DNA of 32,000 bases from Candidatus Saccharimonadota bacterium (GCA_020632335.1 JACKFV010000001.1:1-32000); one strand, 5' to 3'; counted from the stretch's first letter, positions 7,758 to 15,678 are shown. The notes: a model not told the origin generated them from the sequence alone. Program-made: numbers and translations.

Positions 7758-8356
7758 TGCGCCGATTCCTCCTGCTGGCCGTGGTGTGGAGCCTGCCCTT
7801 CATGGCCGTGGCAGCACCGGTAGGCCTACGGTCTGCGGTGCGTCCCCCAGTGGTACACCCCGGTGAGGTTATTACGCTCAGCCTGCAGCTGACCAACCAG
7901 AGCGCTACCACTCCCCTACCCGAGTCGCGCCTGCCCCTCACCCTCAGCGCCGGGCTCCTCACGCTCAGCGGAGCCGACACGGTGCTCCTGCCGGCACTGG
8001 CTCCCCATGGCTACACGGCCACTACCACCCTGCCCCGCTGGCATAGCCCAGCCGAGACCATTACCCTCAGCGCGGCTACCCGGGAGGAGCTAGAGCAGCA
8101 GATGCGTGGGTATAGCTTTGTGAGCTACGCGCGGCCATGGACAGTCACCGAGACCGGCACGGCGGAGCTGGAGATAGCACTGCTGGTGACGGCGAGCGGG
8201 CGCCAGTGCGCAGCAGTAGGGAGCGCAAGCCAGCGCTGCGTGTATAGTCTGGCTGAGGAGGCACTGGGGCCAGAGATGCCGTACTGGAACCTCCTCTGGG
8301 ATATAGCCGATGAGCCCCTCCCCAGCCGCACATTGCAGATACGCCAGGGGGACTAG
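7757..8356 (+). CDS. secreted hypothetical protein (CARDB/DUF11-like beta-sandwich start)
   Basis: 199 aa. The ATG overlaps the previous stop (TAATG). It has a signal peptide MRRFLLLAVVWSLPFMAVAAP followed by PPVVHPGEVITLSLQLTNQS. No specific family was recognised. Confidence 0.5.
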   Translation: MRRFLLLAVVWSLPFMAVAAPVGLRSAVRPPVVHPGEVITLSLQLTNQSATTPLPESRLPLTLSAGLLTLSGADTVLLPALAPHGYTATTTLPRWHSPAETITLSAATREELEQQMRGYSFVSYARPWTVTETGTAELEIALLVTASGRQCAAVGSASQRCVYSLAEEALGPEMPYWNLLWDIADEPLPSRTLQIRQGD

Positions 8357-9048
8357 AGCATCCCCGCGAAGGCTTTTTCCACCGGGCAGGCAGGGGCGTC
8401 AAAGAGCACCTGGCCGTCTTGCAGGCGGATGATACGGGGGCTGAGCGACTCCACCAGCACGGGGTCATGCGTGGAGAAGAGAATGGTGAGGCCGTGCTCG
8501 GCATTGAGCTGCTGGAAGAGCTCGCAGATTTCTCGGGAGGTACGGGGGTCGAGGTTGCCCGTGGGCTCGTCAGCGATGAGCAGTACCGGGTCATGCGCGA
8601 TGGCACGAGCAATAGCGGTGCGCTGCTGCTCCCCTCCACTGAGCTGATACGGGTAGGCGCCCGCACGGTGGGTCAGCCCTACCTCCTCCATCAGCTGGGT
8701 GACGCGCTCCTCTCTGCCCGCGGTGTGCCCCGTAGCCTCCAGCGCGAAGGCGATATTCTCGCGTACGGTTTTGCGCTCCAGCAGCTTGTAGTCCTGGAAT
8801 ACCACGCCTATCTGCTGCCGGTAGTGCTGCAACCCAGAGAGACTGAGCTCCCCCAGTACCATCTCCTCCAGGAGTATCTCCCCCGCTGTGGGGCGGATCA
8901 TCCCGATGAGGAGGTTGAAAATGGTACTCTTGCCCGCACCGCTACGCCCCAGTACCGCCACCATCTCACCACTGGCGACCGAGAAACTCACCCCCTCGAG
9001 GATAGGAGTGGCGCCAACGTGGTAGTGTACGGTGCGGAATTCCAGCAT
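8353..9048 (-). CDS. ftsE: ABC transporter ATP-binding protein, FtsE-like
   Basis: The ORF was trimmed to ATG 9048 (MLEFRTVHYHV...), giving 231 aa. It has Walker A GRSGAGKST, the signature LSGGEQQR and Walker B LLIADEPTGNLD. The length and N-terminus are like FtsE. No permease gene is adjacent. Confidence 0.75.
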   Translation of the reverse strand: MLEFRTVHYHVGATPILEGVSFSVASGEMVAVLGRSGAGKSTIFNLLIGMIRPTAGEILLEEMVLGELSLSGLQHYRQQIGVVFQDYKLLERKTVRENIAFALEATGHTAGREERVTQLMEEVGLTHRAGAYPYQLSGGEQQRTAIARAIAHDPVLLIADEPTGNLDPRTSREICELFQQLNAEHGLTILFSTHDPVLVESLSPRIIRLQDGQVLFDAPACPVEKAFAGML

Positions 9049-9067
9049 AGTATGGGTGTACACGGGC

Positions 9068-9095
9068 AGTGTAGCGATCTCCCGCAGGGTGGCAA
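9068..9095 (-). promoter_or_regulatory. predicted ftsE-like promoter (TTGCCA-16-TACACT)
   Basis: Minus strand: TTGCCA (9095..9090), 16-nt spacer, TACACT (9073..9068), with ATG 9048 lying 19 nt downstream. Confidence 0.45.
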
Positions 9096-9119
9096 TGCGA
9101 GATACCCGGGGAGAAAACG

Positions 9120-10019
9120 CTACTGATTCGTGGTGGCGTCCAGGCTGCAGAGGCTCTCTTGCCGACGCGGATAGCGCAGAGTAAGGACTTTCTCCTGCCC
9201 TGCTACCGTCGCTCGGGCGATGATCGGCACGCGGTAGGGAGGGATTTCTCCCCGCAGGCCGAGGTCGAGAAGGGGGACAAAGCCGCCATTGAGGAAGGTA
9301 TTTTGCACTGTCAGCAGACACTGGGTGGCCTCAGCAGTGTGGATAAATGCCTCATCTGCGAAGAAATCCTGCAGCGGTGCCAGCGCGCCGTCCTGCTCTG
9401 CCAGCGGGTCAAAGCTCTCATATACGCCCTGCAGCGTACTCACCCGGGTCCCCACCCCTGTGGCGTCCGCAGCGTTGATGGCCTGCCGCCCGGCGATGGA
9501 GACTGTCTCGGTCATGCCACTGGGGAGGGTATAGGGGCAGGTCACTCGCCAGTCTGCCAGCGCGCCAGAAGCCCCCATGAAGGGCGCAAAGATGAGCTCC
9601 GCGGCGGTGCTGGTGATGAGTTTGGGGCTGATCTGTAGCGAGCTGTCGTCGGTGTCGATGCTCATGGGGAGGCGCACACAGGCACGAAATTCGTGCAGCG
9701 GCACCACCTCTGGTGGGATGGTATAGCTCTCCCAGAGCGCCGCATCTGCCGTGCCGAGGATGCTGAGCGTGGCCGCCGTCTGCTCGCTTAGGGGCAGGGG
9801 GAGCTCCAGCACCTGCTGCGTATCGTCCCGCTCCAGCGCATAGAGCCCCATCTCCGCTGCACCCTCCGCCGCAAAGTAGGCCTGCTCTGACGCCGAAAAG
9901 AGTGGTGCAAACTGCAGCTCCGTGCCCAGAAGACGCACCATGCCCGTGCCCAGCAGCATCAGTAGCCCCCCCAAGATGAGCACCACATACAGCACGTAGC
10001 CGGGGGCGTGGCGCTGCAT
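9120..10019 (-). CDS. PilX-N-like minor pilin / pilus assembly protein
   Basis: 299 aa. An N-terminal hydrophobic helix (GYVLYVVLILGGLLMLLG) is followed by SEQAYFAAEGAAEMGL, which matches the PilX N-terminal pattern (QAyyaAEaGi). The ATG overlaps the upstream stop (ATGA). Confidence 0.55.
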   Translation of the reverse strand: MQRHAPGYVLYVVLILGGLLMLLGTGMVRLLGTELQFAPLFSASEQAYFAAEGAAEMGLYALERDDTQQVLELPLPLSEQTAATLSILGTADAALWESYTIPPEVVPLHEFRACVRLPMSIDTDDSSLQISPKLITSTAAELIFAPFMGASGALADWRVTCPYTLPSGMTETVSIAGRQAINAADATGVGTRVSTLQGVYESFDPLAEQDGALAPLQDFFADEAFIHTAEATQCLLTVQNTFLNGGFVPLLDLGLRGEIPPYRVPIIARATVAGQEKVLTLRYPRRQESLCSLDATTNQ

Positions 10020-10468
10020 CAGAACTGGTATACACGACTAGAGATCACCGTACGGAGCGTGAGAGACGCCTCAGCCACGGTGCGGTGCTGCAGCGTGAGC
10101 GTGAGTACGGTGCGGGGCTGCATGCCCTCCTCGGCTGTGAGGATAGCGCTGAAGTCCCCCACCTGTATCTCCTCGCTCGTGAGTGGCTGGCCGGCAAAGG
10201 TGAGCGTCTTGGCCTCGGCGTCGTAGTGGAGGGTCTGCTCCCCCATGATGAGGTCGCTCCCGGTACTGGTCACCACGGCACTCTCGCGCAGGAGGTCTGT
10301 CAGCCGCTGCATGACAAAGATGGACTCCTGCTGCAGGTTGCGGTGGATATCCGCGGTTGCCTCCACCCGGCGGAGCGTGCCATAGCCCCCCACGGCAGCG
10401 GTGAGTACCACCGCACTCAGCGCCATGGCGATAACCAGCTCTAGGAGGGTGAATCCAGCGCGTCTCAT
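10019..10468 (-). CDS. prepilin-type N-terminal cleavage/methylation domain protein (type IV pilin/pseudopilin-like)
   Basis: 149 aa. It has a class III signal, MRRAG|FTLLELVIAMALSAVVL, with Gly at -1, Phe at +1 and Glu at +5. ATGA overlaps link it to both neighbours. Confidence 0.85.
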   Translation of the reverse strand: MRRAGFTLLELVIAMALSAVVLTAAVGGYGTLRRVEATADIHRNLQQESIFVMQRLTDLLRESAVVTSTGSDLIMGEQTLHYDAEAKTLTFAGQPLTSEEIQVGDFSAILTAEEGMQPRTVLTLTLQHRTVAEASLTLRTVISSRVYQF

Positions 10469-10749
10469 AGTTCACGGATTTTCTTATAGAGGGCACGCAT
10501 GTTCTCTCTCAGCAGGCTGTCGCTCAGCCCACGGAGGATATCATTAGAGAAGAACGGCACGATTTTCTTTAGCTGGTCGCGCTGTGCGGGCTGCAGCACG
10601 GTGATGTTCTCGAGCACTACATAGAGCACCTCCATAGACCGCGCGCGCTGGGGGTCATCTGCATAGGGGATGTCCAGCTGCTTATAGAACTCCTGTGGGT
10701 CAGCGTTGAAAACCATGAGAGCCGTTACGCCCTCACTATACTGCTGCAC
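10465..10749 (-). CDS. hypothetical protein (start uncertain: GTG 10749 or ATG 10716)
   Basis: The ORF ends in a TGA that overlaps the pilin ATG. The ORF-track start at 10845 is a GTG inside the upstream gene, so I trimmed it. No recognisable motif. Confidence 0.45.
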   Translation of the reverse strand: MQQYSEGVTALMVFNADPQEFYKQLDIPYADDPQRARSMEVLYVVLENITVLQPAQRDQLKKIVPFFSNDILRGLSDSLLRENMRALYKKIREL

Positions 10750-10768
10750 GGGCAAAACGCAAGTCTGA

Positions 10769-11002
10769 CTAGCTCGCCAGCCGCTGCGAGAGGTAGAGAT
10801 CGGCCAGGCCGTGGACTTCTTCTTGCAGTATGGCCTCCAGTCCACGGAGCTGCTCCATACTCATCGACGGCATGAGGAGGGTCCAGGTGGCCTTCTCCTT
10901 CGGGTCCATAGTGCTGACCTGCAGGTAGAGCAGCATGCTGCGGATGAGATCCTTCTTCTCCTCGCTTGCGATGCTCGTGTAGTCAGCAGCGGTATCGGTC
11001 AT
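10769..11002 (-). CDS. hypothetical small acidic protein
   Basis: 77 aa with ATG at 11002. It is the first gene of the pilin-like operon and has a promoter-like motif upstream. No family was recognised. Confidence 0.45.
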   Translation of the reverse strand: MTDTAADYTSIASEEKKDLIRSMLLYLQVSTMDPKEKATWTLLMPSMSMEQLRGLEAILQEEVHGLADLYLSQRLAS

Positions 11003-11023
11003 AGAGTACGATTACGCACTCTC

Positions 11024-11052
11024 ATCTTAGGCCACCGGAGCGGGCTTGGCAA
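11024..11052 (-). promoter_or_regulatory. predicted promoter of the pilin-like operon (TTGCCA-17-TAAGAT)
   Basis: Minus strand: TTGCCA (11052..11047), 17-nt spacer, TAAGAT (11029..11024), with ATG 11002 lying 21 nt downstream. Confidence 0.45.
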
Positions 11053-11745
11053 CTAATTCTGGTCGAATTGGTAGACGCTCAGCTCGCCAAACCACTGCTG
11101 TAGGTGGCGCTCCAGGCTCTGGCCCTCCAGCCGTGCCATGCTCCCCAGGAGCCGCTCGTGCACCTGCCGGCGTGGTACCCCACACATACGGAAGATACGC
11201 TGGATGAGCTTTCTGCTGAGGTTATTACTGCTAAAGAGTCGGTAGTACCAACGCGGCCCGCCCGTGGTGTGGATGAGGTGTACCCGCAGGTGAGGGATGA
11301 GCCCCACCGGCACGCCATGCGAGTTGAAGTAGAAGTGCTGCTCGGCGCGCAGGGTGGCGTCTAGCCAGTTCTTGACCATTGCAGGAGCACTGTAGTTCCA
11401 CATAGGGTAGCACAGCACCAGGTGCCGCACACGGGTGAGCCGCTCGGCCATATCGTCAAAAGCGTCTGTATTCACTCCCTCACCACGCAGGCGCAGCACC
11501 GGGAAGTCCATGGCCTCCACCTGCGTCACGCTATACCCCAGGTACTCGGCCCGAGCCCGCAGCAGGCTGGCATTCTTATAGCACAGGCTCTTGGGGTCAC
11601 TGTGGCAGGTGAGGATAAGCACCTCGCTGGTGCTGTTCTCGTGCTTCTCGTGCAGGGGGGTGTGGAGCGCAGCCTCGTCTAGAGGAGTAGTGGAGGCCTC
11701 TACAGCGGTATCATCAAGCGGAGGGAGGGCAGTCATGGGCAGCAT
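11053..11745 (-). CDS. flavodoxin-like fold NAD(P)H dehydrogenase (quinone)-type protein
   Basis: 230 aa. The core VLILTCHSDPKS...HLVLCYPMWNYSAPAMVKNWLD resembles the Flavodoxin_2 / NQO-KefF family (PxWWxxxPAxLKxxxD). An acidic N-terminal extension is present. Confidence 0.55.
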   Translation of the reverse strand: MLPMTALPPLDDTAVEASTTPLDEAALHTPLHEKHENSTSEVLILTCHSDPKSLCYKNASLLRARAEYLGYSVTQVEAMDFPVLRLRGEGVNTDAFDDMAERLTRVRHLVLCYPMWNYSAPAMVKNWLDATLRAEQHFYFNSHGVPVGLIPHLRVHLIHTTGGPRWYYRLFSSNNLSRKLIQRIFRMCGVPRRQVHERLLGSMARLEGQSLERHLQQWFGELSVYQFDQN

Positions 11746-11754
11746 AATAGCCCT

Positions 11755-11782
11755 ATAGTAGGGGGTTTTGCCGGGCGTGCAA
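11755..11782 (-). promoter_or_regulatory. predicted promoter (TTGCAC-16-TACTAT); the -10 ends 9 nt before ATG 11745
   Basis: Minus strand: TTGCAC (11782..11777), 16-nt spacer, TACTAT (11760..11755), then agggctatt and ATG. Confidence 0.45.
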
Positions 11783-11796
11783 GCAGCCTTTGGAGA

Positions 11797-12252
11797 CTAG
11801 CCGCCCCCGTCTACGGCGTCTTGAACCTCGCTGCGGTAGTCGTAGAAGAGCGGCGCCACGGCGTAGAAAAAGGCTCCAAAGACGAAGTAAACCACCACCA
11901 CCGGCACAATAGCGGTGATGATAAGATTAGACATACTGGTATAGCCAATGATGCGGAAAATCCCCGCTACCACCAGCGCCAGCACCGCGAGGATCCCCAC
12001 AAAGCCGGCCCCGAGGTTCCACGCCTTGCCCACCCACTGCATGATGTTTGAGGCCGAGGTATCCTCAGCGTCTATCTCGGCTCCGATGGTTTTGCTAGCC
12101 TTCTTCGTCACATTGACGCCCTGGATAATGGCTTGTCTCCGGAGGGACTGCGCCATGACCTGCGGCGGCTGCAACGTGCCCTCCAGCGGAGCATATTGGC
12201 AGAGCGTAATGCCGAGAAGCAGCAGACCAAGGCGCGCTATAAGGGGTTTCAT
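11797..12252 (-). CDS. small secreted membrane protein with C-terminal two-TM hairpin (VirB2/TrbC, T4SS-pilin-like topology)
   Basis: 151 aa. It has a signal peptide MKPLIARLGLLLLGITLC and two adjacent C-terminal hydrophobic helices (GAGFVGILAVLALVVAGIF, LIITAIVPVVVVYFVFGAFFYAV). The ATG directly abuts the stop of the upstream gene. Confidence 0.5.
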   Translation of the reverse strand: MKPLIARLGLLLLGITLCQYAPLEGTLQPPQVMAQSLRRQAIIQGVNVTKKASKTIGAEIDAEDTSASNIMQWVGKAWNLGAGFVGILAVLALVVAGIFRIIGYTSMSNLIITAIVPVVVVYFVFGAFFYAVAPLFYDYRSEVQDAVDGGG

Positions 12253-12555
12253 CTAGCTAACATTACGGAAGAGAAAGGACAGGATATACTGCACTATAGC
12301 ATATGACAGGTAGGCAAGCAAGAGCCCCACCACCGTGTACAGGATGATAGATTTGCCCTTCTCCTTATCCCCAAAGATATACGCGTAGCCGCCGATGACC
12401 AGCAGCAGCACCCCCACGGTAGGGATCACCCGGAGCAGAAAGATAAGCAGCCGGTTATTCAGGTTCGTTTTATCCTGGATGTCATCGGCTTCTTTGAAGA
12501 GGCGGAACTCAGCGCAGGCGTCGCTATCTGGCTGGAGGACACATATATTGTTCGT
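12253..12555 (-). repeat. 303-bp conserved block, copy 1 (3' end of paralog A)
   Basis: It aligns without indels to 12989-13291. By eye, roughly four fifths of nucleotides are identical. The block encodes the shared C-terminal module. Confidence 0.8.
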
Positions 12556-12999
12556 CATACCGGTGGCTATGGCTGTACCCTGCTTTCCCTGTACCTCGGC
12601 GCTGCGTCGTTGGAAGTCCAGCAGTATGGGCTGAACAATATCTCTACTCAGAGGGTTCGTAATGGCCTTGAGTTCCCGATTCACCACGCCGTGGAGCACG
12701 CCACAGAGCTCTTTCTCGGTCACCGAGGGGGCACGCTGGTCGCCTCTGGGGTGGCAATAGCCCAGCAGATACTCCCGAATGGACGCGGTGCTGTACTCGC
12801 TATGGGTCTGGATAAAGTCGTTCAGCGAGGGGTTATGCTCTACCGCGGCCATAAACTGCTGTCCCAGGAGGTTCACCGCGGGGTCACGCTGCTCATAAAG
12901 CGCCTGAGCAAAGTCCTGATAGTCGCTGAGCGTCCATACCTGCGCGCTGGCCATGTGCACCCCCACCGCAAGGACTATTGCCAGGAGTTTAGCCCACAT
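12253..12999 (-). CDS. secreted protein: variable ectodomain plus conserved C-x8-C / two-TM hairpin module (paralog A)
   Basis: 248 aa. It has a signal peptide MWAKLLAIVLAVGVHMASA. The C-terminal 100 aa are about 85% identical to the upstream paralog (NNICVLQPDSDAC..GVLLLVIGGYAYIFGDKEKGKSII..IVQYILSFLFRNV). The ATG at 12999 lies 11 nt inside the upstream gene. Confidence 0.6.
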   Translation of the reverse strand: MWAKLLAIVLAVGVHMASAQVWTLSDYQDFAQALYEQRDPAVNLLGQQFMAAVEHNPSLNDFIQTHSEYSTASIREYLLGYCHPRGDQRAPSVTEKELCGVLHGVVNRELKAITNPLSRDIVQPILLDFQRRSAEVQGKQGTAIATGMTNNICVLQPDSDACAEFRLFKEADDIQDKTNLNNRLLIFLLRVIPTVGVLLLVIGGYAYIFGDKEKGKSIILYTVVGLLLAYLSYAIVQYILSFLFRNVS

Positions 13000-13291
13000 T
13001 GCGGAAGAGGAAGGAGAGGATATACTGCACGATCACATACGAGAGAAAGGCGATCACCAGGCCCACCACCGTGTACATAATGATGGACTTGCCCTTCTCT
13101 TTATCCCCAAAAATATACGCGTAGCCTCCAATGACCAGCAGCAACACCCCCAGTGTGGGGATGACCCGGAGCATGAAATTCAGCAGCCGGTTGAGGATAT
13201 TCTCTTTATCCTGCACGTCGTCTATCTCTTTGAAGAGGCGGAACTCGGTGCAAGCGTCGCTGTCTGGTTGAAGGACACATATATTGTTCGT
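12989..13291 (-). repeat. 303-bp conserved block, copy 2 (3' end of paralog B)
   Basis: This is a direct repeat of 12253-12555, offset by 736 bp. Confidence 0.8.
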
Positions 13292-13681
13292 CACCAGAGA
13301 TTTGGATTTATCGTACCCCAGTGCCACGGCCAGCTGGGAGGTAATGAGGGTCCGCTGCTGCTTCCGGAGGATATCCTTCTGCGCCTCCAGGGCATCTATA
13401 GCGCTGTAGATCTGCTGGCGCTCGGCCTCGGTGGTGGCATTTGAGAGGTCCTTGCGCTTCTGTTCTAGCTGGCGTTCTCTGCTCTCGAGCTCATTGGCGA
13501 TCTGCTGTAGCTGCCCCCCAAACTCCGCATCACACTGTGCCTTCTTCTCCGCCGTGACGTACACCACCTGCCCCGTAGCCGAGCTATTGCGCGCGATCTC
13601 CGTGCAGCTGGCGCTGGTGGGGGTCTGCGCCAGAGCGGGCACCGACACCAGCAGTACGAGGGCCGTTAGGAGCAGTCGCAT
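12989..13681 (-). CDS. secreted protein: coiled-coil ectodomain plus conserved C-x8-C / two-TM hairpin module (paralog B)
   Basis: 230 aa. It has a signal peptide MRLLLTALVLLVSVPALA, a heptad-like region (QLQQIANELESRERQLEQKRKDL...) and the same C-terminal module as paralog A. Confidence 0.6.
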   Translation of the reverse strand: MRLLLTALVLLVSVPALAQTPTSASCTEIARNSSATGQVVYVTAEKKAQCDAEFGGQLQQIANELESRERQLEQKRKDLSNATTEAERQQIYSAIDALEAQKDILRKQQRTLITSQLAVALGYDKSKSLVTNNICVLQPDSDACTEFRLFKEIDDVQDKENILNRLLNFMLRVIPTLGVLLLVIGGYAYIFGDKEKGKSIIMYTVVGLVIAFLSYVIVQYILSFLFRNVG

Positions 13682-13687
13682 ACTGGT

Positions 13688-13716
13688 ATTCTAGCGGAGA
13701 AAGCGGCCCCTGTACA
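13688..13716 (-). promoter_or_regulatory. predicted promoter of the hairpin-protein operon (weak -35 TGTACA, -10 TAGAAT); the -10 ends 6 nt before the ATG, so leaderless
   Basis: Minus strand: TAGAAT (13693..13688), then accagt and ATG (13681). The best -35 candidate is TGTACA (13716..13711) with a 17-nt spacer. Confidence 0.4.
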
Positions 13717-13720
13717 GCCC

Positions 13721-13748
13721 TTGCCAAAAAACAGAATATCCCTATAGT
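13721..13748 (+). promoter_or_regulatory. predicted promoter of the 624-aa secreted protein gene (TTGCCA-16-TATAGT)
   Basis: TTGCCA at 13721-13726, 16-nt spacer, TATAGT at 13743-13748, with ATG 13776 lying 27 nt downstream. Confidence 0.55.
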
Positions 13749-13775
13749 AGCCCTGTATTTCTTTATACCGACGCG

Positions 13776-15650
13776 ATGAAACACCCTCTTCTCTCGCTCA
13801 GCGCCCTGCTGATGCTTGGAGCGGTAGCCATGCCCGGGCTCAGCCACGCCAGCCCGCTGCAGTACTATCTGAACTCCTACTACGGCACCGACACCTACAC
13901 CCCACAGCTGGGCTACTACCGCACTACGAGCGTGACGCCGCGCACCACAACGGTCATGCCGGTCACTCCCAGTGTGAGTACCCAGCCCTACGCCACGCGT
14001 GACACCCGCGCGCGGTACAACTACTACAGTCTGCTGCGGCGGGTACGCCCCACTACCAGCACAACGACGACCACGACGCCCGCTACCCGCTACCGCACCA
14101 GCAACTACGCGTGGTATGGCAGCCGCTACCCCCTGGTGAACCGCGCGGTGGACTACAGCCAGACGCGCCTGGTGGCCAGCATGCAGCAGGTGCTGCCGGC
14201 GGTGCCAGGGCTGACCTATCCGGGGGCTATACGCTTTGCGGAGATGGGGATAGCGCACCAGCGCCAGAGCCTCAGCAGCCAGTTCCAGGAGGCCATTGTG
14301 GTGAATGACGCGACCTTCACCATCGAGTCAAACAACAGCGACTACCGCCTCTGGACCGACTTTGTACTGGTAGTAGACGACACCGCTTATCCCTTCCGCA
14401 GTGACGGGACAGTAACGGTAGACCTGGACGAACGCCTGGCCAGCGGCAATAGTGACAGCCATACGCTCCGTCTGGGGCTGCGAGACAGTAGCCTGTGGGG
14501 GCGGATAAGCGGGAGCTTCCGCGTACGGCTGACGGGCATGACGGCCGCCACAGAGCAGTCTCACCGCGTAGTAGCGGCACGGCTAGACGGCACCCTGCTG
14601 AGCAACTACATTGGTTTCTCAGGGGCTCCTAGCGCGGTAACGGGTACGGGCATCACGGGCCTAGGAGACGAGATCCTCGGGCGGAATCTGACCGCCGGAG
14701 AAACCGCCCGCGTGCTGAACCTGCACCTGAGGCCCGAGTGGAGCGACATCGTCATCCGGAGTCTGACCTTCACCAACACCTACGGCAGCACCGCTGACAG
14801 CTCCATCGACTACGCCAAACTGGTGGATACCCGCACGGGAACGGTCATCGACACGGGCACCTTTGCTGGTGGGTCGGTGAAGTTCACCATGACGCCGGGG
14901 CTCTCCATCAGCCGCCAGGAGGACAAATATCTGGACGTCGTGCTGGTGATCAACCCCAGCGTGAGCGCCACCGCTGGCCACCAGATAGCGCTGAGCCTGA
15001 GTAACCTGGACGGCTATAACACCGCCACCAGCCAGAATATCACCACTGGGGAGTGGCAATTCCTCACCCAGCCCACCACCTTCACCATCGGGCAGGGCGG
15101 CATCGCCATAGCGGCCAGCAGCACGCAGATCAGCACTCTGGCAGTGACCCCCGGTACGCCAGCACCGGTGTACCGCTTCCGCGTCTCTAACCCCAGTACC
15201 AGCGCTGCGGCGCTCGGGCGGGTGAGCTTTGACATCGCACTGGATGGCGTAGCGTATGACGGCGGTATGAGCGCGAGCGACTTTGTCCTCAGCCGTGTGG
15301 TGGGGAATACGGAGGTCTCTACTGGGGACTTCACCCCGAGCATCAGCGGGAGTAAGGTGTACTTTGACGCCGTGAACGAGATCTACCTCAGCCCTGGCAC
15401 CAGCCTGGAATTCCTGCTGAAGATCAACCTGGTGGACAGTAACCCGTCACTGATGAACGAGCGTGTGACCATCTATACCCTCGGGAATAGCAGCTATAGC
15501 ACCGGCACGCTGAGCGCGCTGCGTACCGCAGGAGCCGCCTTCATCTACTCGGATATGTCGGCCCCCGGGCACAGTACCGCCACCGGCGACTGGATCGCCT
15601 CCATCACCGTGAGCGGCCTGCCGGACATCGGCACCACCATAGAGCGCTAG
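13776..15650 (+). CDS. large secreted protein: Tyr/Thr/Arg-rich low-complexity region plus three beta-sandwich-like modules
   Basis: 624 aa. It has a signal peptide MKHPLLSLSALLMLGAVAMPGLSHA. Residues ~30-130 are low complexity (YYLNSYYGTDTYTP, TTSTTTTTTP). The remainder shows three roughly 110-aa segments with the same alternating beta-strand-like pattern. No family was recognised. Confidence 0.6.
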   Translation: MKHPLLSLSALLMLGAVAMPGLSHASPLQYYLNSYYGTDTYTPQLGYYRTTSVTPRTTTVMPVTPSVSTQPYATRDTRARYNYYSLLRRVRPTTSTTTTTTPATRYRTSNYAWYGSRYPLVNRAVDYSQTRLVASMQQVLPAVPGLTYPGAIRFAEMGIAHQRQSLSSQFQEAIVVNDATFTIESNNSDYRLWTDFVLVVDDTAYPFRSDGTVTVDLDERLASGNSDSHTLRLGLRDSSLWGRISGSFRVRLTGMTAATEQSHRVVAARLDGTLLSNYIGFSGAPSAVTGTGITGLGDEILGRNLTAGETARVLNLHLRPEWSDIVIRSLTFTNTYGSTADSSIDYAKLVDTRTGTVIDTGTFAGGSVKFTMTPGLSISRQEDKYLDVVLVINPSVSATAGHQIALSLSNLDGYNTATSQNITTGEWQFLTQPTTFTIGQGGIAIAASSTQISTLAVTPGTPAPVYRFRVSNPSTSAAALGRVSFDIALDGVAYDGGMSASDFVLSRVVGNTEVSTGDFTPSISGSKVYFDAVNEIYLSPGTSLEFLLKINLVDSNPSLMNERVTIYTLGNSSYSTGTLSALRTAGAAFIYSDMSAPGHSTATGDWIASITVSGLPDIGTTIER

Positions 15651-15678
15651 AGCCTGTACCGGCACAAAGCACTACCAG

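Noticed and set aside
9049-9321. N-terminal extensions of ORF-track models: ftsE to 9321, rsmA to 16816, lgt from 3637, the surface protein from 22479, the zinc-ribbon from 27365, ppa from 31205, the 25907 gene to 25955, and the sugar transferase from 25977.
   Set aside because: The extensions begin at TTG/GTG or at distant ATG codons. They overlap neighbouring genes or the predicted promoters, encode Arg/Pro-rich junk, and precede internal ATGs that give canonical family N-termini.
10716-11002. The overlapping ORFs 10465-10845 and 10769-11002, read as one frameshifted gene.
   Set aside because: The overlap depends on a GTG start inside the upstream gene. With GTG 10749 or ATG 10716 the two are simply adjacent small genes. 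There is no homopolymer or continuity of sequence character at a putative shift site.
11751-13750. An identical 11-mer, CCCTATAGTAG, at 11751-11761 and 13740-13750, bracketing the hairpin-protein operon like attachment-site repeats.
   Set aside because: An 11-mer pair is expected by chance many times in 32 kb (on the order of 100 pairs). Both copies coincide with -10 promoter elements built on the CTATAG core.
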